DNA from: an uncultured Spirochaetota bacterium
GTDB taxonomy: Bacteria > Spirochaetota > Spirochaetia > SZUA-6 > Fen-1364
NCBI GenBank assembly: GCA_963734545.1
Contig: CAVTHO010000008.1
Coordinates: forward strand, 192,001 to 256,000
DNA: 64,000 nucleotides
Direction of reading: 5' to 3'
Shown: one piece after another, positions 32,603-41,767 of the stretch
Layout: the number at the start of each line of letters is the position of its first letter
Numbering within the stretch: the first letter of the stretch is position 1
The notes under the pieces: model-generated
Seen by the model: the letters and a program-made list of their open reading frames with translations, nothing else
Databases searched by the model: none
What the model was told of the DNA's origin: nothing
Position numbers and translations under genes: made by a program

Positions 32603-33739
32603 ATGCGGGCTCATCGACGCAGACGCGTAGGGCTGTTCATGGGGCTCATCGACCACTACGAGCACGGGATCGCGCGGGGAGTCGTGCGCTTCGCCCGCGG
32701 ACGGCCGGATTGGGACCTGTACGGCTTCGGGTGGATGTTCCAGGCCATGGGATCCCTGGAGCGCTGGGACGGGGACGGGATCATCGCGCGCGTCGAGTCC
32801 CGCCGAGACGCCGACCTCCTGGCCGCGCGCGGGATCCCCGTGGTGGACGTGGCCGGCGCGTGGCCGCGGCCGGGATTCCGGCAGGTGAGCAACGACGACC
32901 GCGCCACGGGCCGCCTCGCCGGTCGGCACCTGAAGACGCTGGGGCGCCGCACCTTCGCCTTCTGCGGCGTGGCGCGGGTGGGATGGTCGCGACACCGCCG
33001 CGATGCCTTCCGCGACGTGGTCGCGACGACTCGCTTGTCCGTATTCGAGCAGTCCCTGGGCTGGTGGGAAAAACTCCATCGCTCGGAAGCGTTCGATCGC
33101 TGGCTGACCGCGCTCCCGAGGCCGGCAGCGCTGTTCGCCTGCAACGACACGGTCGGATTGAAGGCGGCGGCCGCCGCCCGGCGGCTGGGCCTGGCGGTCC
33201 CGGGCGATCTTTCCATCCTGGGAGTGGACAACGAGGACATCCTCTGCGAGCTGTCCGTGCCGCCGCTGTCCAGTATCGCGCTGAACCTCGAGCGCATCGG
33301 GTGGGAGGCAGCGGAGGCCCTGGCCTCGTTCATGGACGGCCGTCCCGGCCGCGCGGCAGCGGCGGTATCCCCGCGCGAAGTGGTGGAGCGCGAGTCCACG
33401 CGGACGCTCGCCACGGGAGACGCGCTGGTGGATCGCGCGCTGGGAGCTATTCACGGCGCGGCGGCAGGACGACTCACCGTTGCCCGGCTCCTTCTGTCAG
33501 TCCCCTGCTCGCGACGGACGCTGGAAAAAAGGTTCCGGGCCACGCTGGGCCGCAGCATCCACGAGGAGATCATCAGGAGACGGATCGACGAGGCGCGCCG
33601 CCTGCTTCGGGACACGACCTTCACGATTGCCTCCGTTGCGGAAGAGACCGGTTTCGCCAACGCCCAGCGCTTTTACGCCGCGTTTCGAAAGCTGCAAGGC
33701 GCAACTCCGGGCGCCTACCGCCGCACCTATCGGGGTTGA
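32603..33739 (+). CDS. XylR-like regulator (LacI-type sensor + AraC HTH)
   Basis: DGIIARV, LFACND, ILGVDNED, LSSIALN; C-terminal SRRTLEKRFR..VAEETGF. Confidence 0.88.
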   Translation: MRAHRRRRVGLFMGLIDHYEHGIARGVVRFARGRPDWDLYGFGWMFQAMGSLERWDGDGIIARVESRRDADLLAARGIPVVDVAGAWPRPGFRQVSNDDRATGRLAGRHLKTLGRRTFAFCGVARVGWSRHRRDAFRDVVATTRLSVFEQSLGWWEKLHRSEAFDRWLTALPRPAALFACNDTVGLKAAAAARRLGLAVPGDLSILGVDNEDILCELSVPPLSSIALNLERIGWEAAEALASFMDGRPGRAAAAVSPREVVERESTRTLATGDALVDRALGAIHGAAAGRLTVARLLLSVPCSRRTLEKRFRATLGRSIHEEIIRRRIDEARRLLRDTTFTIASVAEETGFANAQRFYAAFRKLQGATPGAYRRTYRG

Positions 33740-35301
33740 CGGCGGGCGGCCTCTCCGGAAAGATGGTCGGCCAGGCGCAGGGCAAGGGCGACTATCGTGA
33801 GTGTCGGGTTGGCATAGCCGCTCGTCGGGAAGACGGCGCTGCCCGCCGCGTAGAGGTTGTCGATCCGGTGGAAACGGCAGTCAGGGTTCACGATGCCGTC
33901 ATCAGGCGACACGGACATGCGGAGGCTCCCCATGTGGTGGTCGCCCGTGGCGAGCGCGGTCTCCGCCCGGCCGAAAGTCCAGCGCTCCGGTCCGCCGGAG
34001 AGATCAGTCAAAATCCTGAACCCGGTAGACCCGTTCCGCTCGAGATGGTCGCGGACGAGATCCAGAGCCTTGACCGCCGTCCGCTTGTCCTCCTCGCGGA
34101 GCCGCCAGTCGACGTGTGCCACGGGCTGCCCGAAGACGGGATCAACCTCCGCGTGATCGAGGCCGATCACGCTTTCCTCGTTGGCAACCTGTTCCCAGTT
34201 GAGATTGACTTCCGCCCTGTCGCCGGCGGGATCGAAGCGCAAGATGGCGCGGAAGTTGCCGATTCGTTCCTCCGCCATCGTCGCTGCCGTCGGGACGAGG
34301 ACGCCCCAGGCGTTGAATACCTCGTACTTCGCCATGAGCCCGGGGCTCACGAGTGGGGCGCTGTCATGGACGAAGGTGTCCCCTTCGGGTCGGAGCCGGA
34401 CCTGCTGGTCGCGGAAGAAGTTCCTGGCCTCCAGAGGGAGGGGCGTGGCGAACCGGGCCTCCGCGGCTGTCGTGAGGAGGGGATGGACCATGAAGCCGCG
34501 CCCGAGGTGATCGTGACGATTGTTCCCGAGATCACCGGAAAGCTTGAGCTTCCGGACGGTCTCGATGCCTCCCATCGCAAGGACATAGAAGGCAGCTTCA
34601 ACGTGGAAACGACGGTCCGCTTGTCCCTCGCGCTGAGAGGCGCAGAGGAGCCGCCGCACGTGCACGCCGTCGTCGCTTTCAATGGAAAGGAGGTGCGCGT
34701 TGAACAGCACCGTCACGTTCGGCGCGGCACGGAGCGCCTCCCCGAGCTGGACCTGGAATTGTCGCACGGTGTCCGTGTACTGCGCGTGAAAGACCGCCCG
34801 GGCAAGACGATCCTCCGCCTTCCGCGGGAAGCCCGCGCCGCCGAGAACAGGCTCCCAGAAAGCGAGATCGTGATAGTTGTATGGACCGTATCGGCCGTAC
34901 GCGTTCGCCTCGGCATACCAGGAATCGAGCGAGGTCCGCGGGATTGGCCACGCGGCGGAGCGGTACCCCTGCCGCGGCAGGAAGTCCGCCTCGTCGAGAG
35001 GCCGGGCCCAGAACCCGAAATGGTTCGTCGTCCCACCGTACATGTTGAGCCGTGAGCGGCGCAGGAAGAGCGGATCGACTCGGCCCAGGAAAGGGCCGAC
35101 GGTGCCCCCGTAGACTTTCTGGCGAGATCCGGGCGGCAGCCCGCGGTCCGTTGGCAGCCCGCTCGCCAGGACGAGCACCTTGAGCGGCGAGCGCATGAGA
35201 CGGTGCGCCATGGCCAGTCCCGCGGCCCCGGCGCCGGCGATGCAGACGTCGAAGGCTCGCAGGTTTTTGACAGCTTCGAGGTCGCCGGATTCAACGTACA
35301 T
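33727..35301 (-). CDS. GMC-family FAD oxidoreductase
   Basis: DVCIAGAGAAG, YGGTTNHF, LGRGFMVHP, HHMGSLRM, GYANPTLTIVALA. Confidence 0.88.
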   Translation of the reverse strand: MYVESGDLEAVKNLRAFDVCIAGAGAAGLAMAHRLMRSPLKVLVLASGLPTDRGLPPGSRQKVYGGTVGPFLGRVDPLFLRRSRLNMYGGTTNHFGFWARPLDEADFLPRQGYRSAAWPIPRTSLDSWYAEANAYGRYGPYNYHDLAFWEPVLGGAGFPRKAEDRLARAVFHAQYTDTVRQFQVQLGEALRAAPNVTVLFNAHLLSIESDDGVHVRRLLCASQREGQADRRFHVEAAFYVLAMGGIETVRKLKLSGDLGNNRHDHLGRGFMVHPLLTTAAEARFATPLPLEARNFFRDQQVRLRPEGDTFVHDSAPLVSPGLMAKYEVFNAWGVLVPTAATMAEERIGNFRAILRFDPAGDRAEVNLNWEQVANEESVIGLDHAEVDPVFGQPVAHVDWRLREEDKRTAVKALDLVRDHLERNGSTGFRILTDLSGGPERWTFGRAETALATGDHHMGSLRMSVSPDDGIVNPDCRFHRIDNLYAAGSAVFPTSGYANPTLTIVALALRLADHLSGEAARRQPR

Positions 35302-35322
35302 GAGTTCGCCGAACAGCGCGGT

Positions 35323-36159
35323 TCATGCCTGGCGGCACAGGTATTCGTCCACGCCGGACTGCCAGGAAGGCAACTGGTGACCCGTGACCAGCCGAAAGAG
35401 CCTGCAGTCCAGCACGGTCCGGCCCGGCCTTCGGGCGGCCCGCGCGGCGGCGCCCTCCAGCTTCTCCAGCGGCACCGTGCGTCTTGCCTTCGAAAGCACG
35501 TAGCGCGCAAACTCCAGCCGCGTGCAGGCTCCGAGGCTCGTTGCGTGGTATGTCCCATACGCGCCGGTAGGTATGAGAGCGCGGATTGCGGAGGCCACGT
35601 GCGGAACGTATGTCGGTGACTCGAGCTGGTCCTCTGCCATCCGCACCACGCCGTCCCTGTCCGCGGCAGTCAGCACGCGCTCCACGTAGTTCTTCGGCCG
35701 GTGACCGAAGAGCCAGGAGGTCCTTACGATGTACGTCATCGGCCAGATGGCGGCTGCGAGCCTTTCCCCCGCGAGTTTCGACTTGCCATACTGGTTGATC
35801 GGGTTCGGTGATGAGAACTCGTCGTAGTCTTCCCGTTCCGTGCCATCGAACACGTAATCCGTGGAGACCAGCAGGTACTCGGCGGAGAGCGTTCGGGCGG
35901 CCAGCGCCAGGTTCTGCGAGCCCACGGCGTTCACCTTCCAGGCCCAGTCCGGCTGCTTCTCGCAGATCTCGACGTCTACCAGGGCCGCCGAGTTCAGGAT
36001 GAGGTCGGGCTTCGTCCGTGCTACCCGCGCCAGGGTGCCCGCCCTGTCCGTGATATCGATCTCATCGACATCCCACGCAGCCACGTCATGCTCGCAGGCG
36101 AGCACGCGCGCGAGCTCGCTTCCGAGCATCCCTTTGGCGCCGATGACTACGATTTTCAT
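35323..36159 (-). CDS. rfbD: dTDP-4-dehydrorhamnose reductase (RmlD)-family SDR
   Basis: MKIVVIGAKGMLG, STDYVFDG, PINQYGKSKLAGE, RTSWLFG, SPTY (C-terminal part of ORF 35323-38124). Confidence 0.85.
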   Translation of the reverse strand: MKIVVIGAKGMLGSELARVLACEHDVAAWDVDEIDITDRAGTLARVARTKPDLILNSAALVDVEICEKQPDWAWKVNAVGSQNLALAARTLSAEYLLVSTDYVFDGTEREDYDEFSSPNPINQYGKSKLAGERLAAAIWPMTYIVRTSWLFGHRPKNYVERVLTAADRDGVVRMAEDQLESPTYVPHVASAIRALIPTGAYGTYHATSLGACTRLEFARYVLSKARRTVPLEKLEGAAARAARRPGRTVLDCRLFRLVTGHQLPSWQSGVDEYLCRQA

Positions 36160-36184
36160 TTTGCATCCCCGTCCAGATGAACTT

Positions 36185-37307
36185 TCATACGGCGGCGACC
36201 CTCTCCCAGCGGCCGGACATGGCCGAGGAGTAGAGGGCGTCGACCACGAGATGATTGGCCACACCATCGGCGAGCCCCGGGCTCGGGTCTTGGTCCTCGA
36301 AGATTGACTTGAGGAACCGGTACAGGCTCTCGGCATGCAGCCTCTCCCAGCCGAGGATGGCCCGGGCCGGAGGCACCGAGGCTCCGGGGAAACTCGAGAT
36401 GGTCTCCAGGCGGACCCAGCCGGCCCCGGCGGCGGGGTGTGTCGCGTCGTAGAAGTAGAGCCAGTTGGCATCCATGAGGTCGAAGCGCAGGGCCCCCTTG
36501 GAGCCTTCGATCCGGATGCGGAGGTCATCGGCCGAACCGGTGGCGAAGCGCGAGACGATGAGGCTGCCGAGAGCCCCCGAGGCCATGCGGAACTGCATCC
36601 AGGCGGCGTCGTCCACGGTGACGCGGCCGAGCTCGCTCCCCCCTCTTTTGAGCGGGCGCTGCGTGATGTAGGTCTTCGTCTCCGCAAAGACCTCCGTCGA
36701 TCTCGCCGAGGAGCCAGCGGATGAGGTCGATGACGTGGGAGCCAAGATCCACTATGGCGCCGCCTCCTGAGCTCTCGAAGCGCATGCGCCAGGTGAGGGG
36801 ACGGGAGGCGTCCTGGTAGCCTCCGTGCAGGTACTCGCTGTGGAAACCGTAGATCTCGCCGAGGGCTCCCGCCTCGATGAGGGCCCTGGCCTTCACCAGG
36901 GCCGGCGCGAAGCGGTAGTTGAAGGTGATGCCGAGACGGCTGCTGGAACGGACCGCGGCGGCCGCGATCTCCCGGGCCTCGGCCCCGGAAAGGGCCAGCG
37001 GCTTCTCGCAGGTGACGTGCTTGCCCGCGTCCAGGGCGAGAAGGATGGCCTCCTTGTGGGCGTAGTTGGGAAGGACAACGTCGATGACGTGCACGTCGGG
37101 ATCCGCCACCAGTGCCCGCATGTCGGCGTAGGCGCGCTTGAAGCCTCCCTCGCGGGCCGCGGCATCCGCCGTCTCGGTCGAGCTCGTGCAGACCGCAGCC
37201 ATCACGTAGCGCGGCAGCGAGGGATAGATCCCCGGGATGGATCGGTACGCCAGGGCGTGGAGTTTTCCGATGCTGCCATATCCCAGCATGCCGACGCCGA
37301 GGGGCAT
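36185..37307 (-). CDS. Gfo/Idh/MocA-family oxidoreductase (frameshift near 36700)
   Basis: GMLGYGSIG, AGKHVTCEKPLA, FNYRF, GGGAIVDLGSHVID, IEGSKG. Confidence 0.9.
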
Positions 37308-37316
37308 GACTTCGGC

Positions 37317-38124
37317 CTACTTTGCCGCCAGACCTGACGGTCCGCGATGCGCCTCCGAGGCGGCGTCCATTCTTCGCGCGGAGCGAGCGGACCGCGGCGG
37401 CGATCTCCCCCGAGCCGGGCTTGAACTTGCCGCTCTTTCCCTTGAGGAGCGGCGAGGAGAACTCGCCCACCGTCATGCCCCTGGCGATGAAACCCTCGAC
37501 GTTGCCCTCGTTGAGCCCACCGTCCTCCATGAGGTCGCAGACCGATTCCCTCCCGGCCGCGACGATCATGTCGTGGAGGCGACCGATGTTGTCGTACATG
37601 ATAGGGTCGACCGTATGAGGGCTCTTCGCGCCGCTCGTGGGTTTCCAGAACGGAGCCTTGCACTCGTATTCCACTATGTCGACGAAGGGCACGTACTGCT
37701 CGAAGGCGACGATCGGCGTGCCTTGCCAGGCCCACACGCCCACCTTGAGCTCGAGAGTCTCCTTCACGAAGACGACCTGCTGCATGAGCATTTCCCCCGT
37801 CGTCTCGATGGGGAGACTGATAAGATTCGCGCCGAGGTCCTTGAGCTGGCGGAAAAGGTCGAACGAGGGGCGCATCATCTGGAGCTGGACTTCGATCTCG
37901 AGAGAGGTCCGCGGCCGGATGCCGTCGAGAATGTCGATTCCCCCGCGCGGCGCGGCGAAGTCCATGTACTTGCCGTCCCTCATCTCGATGTGAACCCAGT
38001 CCGCCCCGCCGGCCTCGAACTCCTCGACCGTAGCCCCGAGGTAGCCGTAGTCCGCCCAGAAGAGTCCAGCTGCGATCTTCGCCTGCCTGGCCACCCGGCC
38101 GATCTTTTCCTTTGCTGTAGCCAT
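37317..38124 (-). CDS. Divergent ribulose-phosphate 3-epimerase-family protein (frameshift near 37370)
   Basis: GADWVHIEMRDG, EIEVQLQMMRP, MEDGGLN; TIM-barrel Rpe pattern with altered metal ligands. Confidence 0.7.
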
Positions 38125-38144
38125 TGCCCTCTCTCTCGGCCGAA

Positions 38145-38213
38145 AGGATAGCCTTGGTCATGGAGGAAGTCAAGAAAAAACTATCACTTGAAAGATAACT
38201 ACTTTCATATGAT
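38145..38213. promoter_or_regulatory. Divergent promoter region with inverted-repeat operator
   Basis: Minus-strand TTGACT (38173-38168), 17 bp, TATCCT (38150-38145); palindrome TGAAAG-N7-CTTTCA at 38189-38207. Confidence 0.5.
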
Positions 38214-38286
38214 CCTTGCTTCGTGATAGACTGTGGCGAGCCGGCGGCAATCCGAGTGGGACCGACGACCGGCGCGAGGAGGAACC

Positions 38287-39246
38287 ATGGACTCGGTGCT
38301 CTGCGGTGTGGATATCGGAGGGACCAAACTGGGACTCGGCATCGTCTCGACCGACGGTCACCTCCTGGCCGAAGAGACGATCCATGACCATGTGCGAAAG
38401 AGCCCCGACGAGGTGGTGGCCGACATCGCGACGCTCGTCCCCGATCTCCTGGGGCGTGTCGGTCTCCCGGTGGGGGCCCTCCGCGGCGTTGGCGTCGGGA
38501 CTGCCGGCCACCTCCGCTACAGGGACGGCGTGATGATCACCATGTCCAATCTCATCGGCTGGGCGGGCTTTCCTCTCCGCGAGCGGCTCCAGGCTCGTTT
38601 CGCTGTCCCCGTCGAGGTCGACAACGACGCCAACGCGCAGGCCTTCGGGGAGTTCAAACATGGCGCGGGCAGAGGATACAAGGACCAGGTCTTCATGACG
38701 ATCAGCACCCAGATCGGCGCCGGCATCATCCTCGGCGGGAAGCTCTTCCGCGGCATGACGGGCACCGCCGGGGAGATCGGACACACCATCGTGGATCCTG
38801 GAGGCGACGAGACCTGCCCCTGCGGGAACCGGGGCTGCCTGATCTCCATGGCCTCGGGCGTCGCCCTGCCGGGAGCATTTCGGCGAGCCTTCCGCGCCGG
38901 CGCGACCTCCCGTCTCGTCTCCGAAGCCGATCTCGGCTCCGGAACGATCGACGGCCCGCTCGTCGCCCGCGGCCTGGCGGAGGGGGACGAGGCCTGCCTC
39001 CACGTCGTGGCGGACTTCGCCTCCTGGATCGGTATCGCCGTCTACAACATGTTCCAGATCTTCAACCCCGAGGCCGTCGTCCTGGGCGGAGGCCTCACCA
39101 ACTGGGGCGCTCCCTTCTTCGACGGCATCCGCCGCAAGGTCAAGGAGCTCGCTCGAGGCATGATGTACGACGAGCTGCCGATCCTGCCGGCCACCCTCCC
39201 GGCCTCCGGTATCGTCGGAGCGGCCTCCCTCCTCCAGTCCGCATGA
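38287..39246 (+). CDS. ROK-family sugar kinase
   Basis: GVDIGGTK, VDNDANAQAFGE, AGEIGH, CPCGNRGCL, VLGGG; no HTH. Confidence 0.9.
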   Translation: MDSVLCGVDIGGTKLGLGIVSTDGHLLAEETIHDHVRKSPDEVVADIATLVPDLLGRVGLPVGALRGVGVGTAGHLRYRDGVMITMSNLIGWAGFPLRERLQARFAVPVEVDNDANAQAFGEFKHGAGRGYKDQVFMTISTQIGAGIILGGKLFRGMTGTAGEIGHTIVDPGGDETCPCGNRGCLISMASGVALPGAFRRAFRAGATSRLVSEADLGSGTIDGPLVARGLAEGDEACLHVVADFASWIGIAVYNMFQIFNPEAVVLGGGLTNWGAPFFDGIRRKVKELARGMMYDELPILPATLPASGIVGAASLLQSA

Positions 39247-40779
39247 CGTCGACGCTCCGCGCGGATGTTGTCATCGTCGGCTCCGGCCTCGGGGGCTCGG
39301 CGATCGTGAAGAGCCTGGCCGGCACCGGCCTTTCGGTGCTCGTCCTCGAACGCGGCGACTTCGTGCGCCAGGAGGCGCAGAATTGGGACGTCGGCGAGGT
39401 TGCCGTTCGACGCCGCTACGACGCGGGGGAGACCTGGTTCGACGCGGAAGGACGGCCCTTCGTGCCCCGGGCCTACTACAACGTCGGCGGCGCCACGAAA
39501 TTCTTCGGCGGCAGTGCCCTCCGGTTCCGACCCTCCGATTTCGCGGCGCGCGAGCTCGAGGGCGGCGCGACCACGGCCTGGCCCTACGGCTATTCGGAGC
39601 TCGAGTCCTGGTACGCGAAGGCCGAAGCCCTTCTCGACGTCCACGGGCAGGCGGGAGAGGATCCGACGGAGGGTCCCCGGGGCAGCTACCCTCGCCCGCC
39701 CCTCGTGCACGAGCCGGTCATCGCGGGCATCGCCGAGAGGCTCGCGGCTCAAGGCCTCCATCCCTTCCACCTTCCCGTGGCGGTGGACCAGGGCCCGAAG
39801 GGCCGCTGCGTCAAGGGGAGCCCCTGCGACGGTTTCCCGTGCAAGGTGCGGGCCAAGGGAGACGCGGAGAACCGGATCCTTCGGCCCCTGTTGTTGAAGA
39901 AGGAGCCCTGGCTCGAGCTGCGGACCGGGTGTCTCGTCGAGCGCCTCGAGACCGATACCTCGGGCGCCCGCGTCGTCGCGGCCCTGGTCCGCCAGGGAGG
40001 CGAGCTCTACCGGGTCGAGGGTGGGACGTTCGTGGTCGCTGCCGGTGCCGTCAACTCCGCCGTCCTCCTCCTCCGCTCGGCAAACGAGCGATGGCCGATG
40101 GGCCTCGCCAACTCGAGCGGACTCGTCGGACGTCACTTCATGGCACACAACAACACGGTCGTCATGGCCCTCTCTCCCTTCCGCCGGAACCCGACGCTCT
40201 TCCAGAAGACCCTGGCCCTCCACGACTACTACACGAGCGAAGGCCCGGCCGGCCGGGCCCTCGGCGCGGTGCAGTGCCGTGGCAAGGTCAAGCCCGAGAT
40301 GCTCCGCGGACGCACGGATCCTCTTCTTCGCCGGCTCGCGGCCCCTATCGCGGAGCGGAGCGTCGACTTCTGGCTGATGACGGAGGATCTCCCCCTGCCG
40401 GAGAACCGTGTCACCGTCGACGGCTCGGGCCGCATCTGCCTCGATCGGAGGCCCAGCAACACCGGGCGCCCACCGGGAGCTCGTGAGGCGCTTCATCGGC
40501 CACGTCCGCCGCGCCGGTCTCCCGATCACTTTCGTTGACGAGCGCGGTGTCGACGCCATCCAGCACCAGTGCGGCACCCTTCGCTTCGGCTCGGACCCGC
40601 GGAACTCCGTCCTCGATGCCTGGTGCCGGAGCCACGACATCGAGAACCTCTGGGTTGTCGATGCCTCGTTCCTGCCCTCCTCCGCGGCAGTGAATCCGTC
40701 TCTCACCATCCTCGCCCAGGCCCTCCGGGCGGGCGCAAGACTCCGCGCCATGCTGGCGCCCACGGCAGATTCCATCTGA
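39243..40779 (+). CDS. GMC-family FAD oxidoreductase (frameshift near 40470)
   Basis: DVVIVGSGLGG, VGGATKFFG, ANSSGLVGRHFMAH, HQCGTLRFG, SAAVNPSLT. Confidence 0.88.
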
Positions 40780-40868
40780 TTTCGTTCGGTTCCAAAAAAG
40801 GTTTCACCTCGATACTGTGTTGACAACAAACGAAATGCTGCTACGCTGTGTCTGCCGGAAACAAGAAT

Positions 40869-41672
40869 ATGGACATCACCAGCAGGAAGCGCGGCCCGCG
40901 GGGGCGGGGAAAAGTCGGCAACCAGGACATCAGCAACGCGGTCCTCGAGGCGATCTTCAAGTCGGGAACCTGCAGGGTCGCGGACCTGGCCGTGGACCTC
41001 GGAGTCTCCGAGGTCTCCGTCAGGAAGAGCCTCAACAAGCTCGAGCGCCAGGGCCTCGTGCGGCGCTACCATGGCGAGGCCCGGCTCTACGACGGGGACG
41101 ACATTCCCTTCCGGATGCACCTCCACTACCCCGAGAAGCAGGCCATCGCCCGCCATGCCGCGGAGCTTGTGGCCCCGGGGGACACGATCCTCCTCGAGGC
41201 CGGGTCGGCGATCGCGATGTTCGCCCAGAGGATCCGGGACACGAAGGGGTTGACCGTCGTCACCACCAACCTGTTCATCGCCCGCTCGTTCCGGGGCTCC
41301 AGGACGCAGGTCGTCGTGCTCGGCGGACTCTACCAGGAGGAGAGCGAGAGCCTCGTCGGCCCGTCGGTGTGCGAGGCCGTGAAGAAGATCGGCTTCTCGA
41401 AGGCCTTCATCGGCGTCTCCGGCTTCACCCTCGCCTCGGGATTCATGCTGAATGACGTCGCGCGGGCCGACGTGACACGGGCCATCCTGGAGCGCGCAGC
41501 CGAGTGCGGGGCCAGGACCTGGGTTCTCACCGACTCATCCAAGTTCGGCGTCTCGCACGCCGCGGTGGTGTGTCCCGACCTGTCCCTGTTGAGCGGGATC
41601 GTGACGGATCCCGGGATCACGGAAGAATACAGGTCGCACTTCCTGAAGGCCGGTCTCCAGATCCTGACCTAG
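40869..41672 (+). CDS. DeoR/GlpR-family regulator, YciT-like
   Basis: LGVSEVSVRKSLNKLE HTH, LGGLYQEESESLVG, FSKAFIG, VLTDSSKFG resemble E. coli YciT as recalled. Confidence 0.85.
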   Translation: MDITSRKRGPRGRGKVGNQDISNAVLEAIFKSGTCRVADLAVDLGVSEVSVRKSLNKLERQGLVRRYHGEARLYDGDDIPFRMHLHYPEKQAIARHAAELVAPGDTILLEAGSAIAMFAQRIRDTKGLTVVTTNLFIARSFRGSRTQVVVLGGLYQEESESLVGPSVCEAVKKIGFSKAFIGVSGFTLASGFMLNDVARADVTRAILERAAECGARTWVLTDSSKFGVSHAAVVCPDLSLLSGIVTDPGITEEYRSHFLKAGLQILT

Positions 41673-41767
41673 CCCGCATCGCCGCGGCCGCCGCAGGTGG
41701 CATTTCCGAAGGGCGATAGGGTCCCACCGCCCCGACCGTACCAGGCGGCCCCAATCCACTCTTGGTA

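Noticed and set aside
35323-38124. 933-aa Rpe-to-RmlD fusion ORF
   Set aside because: The middle is out-of-frame Gfo gene sequence; separate starts and stops exist for three genes.
31490-40779. Bacterial ascorbate biosynthesis cluster
   Set aside because: No GDP-L-galactose phosphorylase, phosphatase or aldonolactone oxidase recognisable; importer and kinase context points to uptake or salvage.
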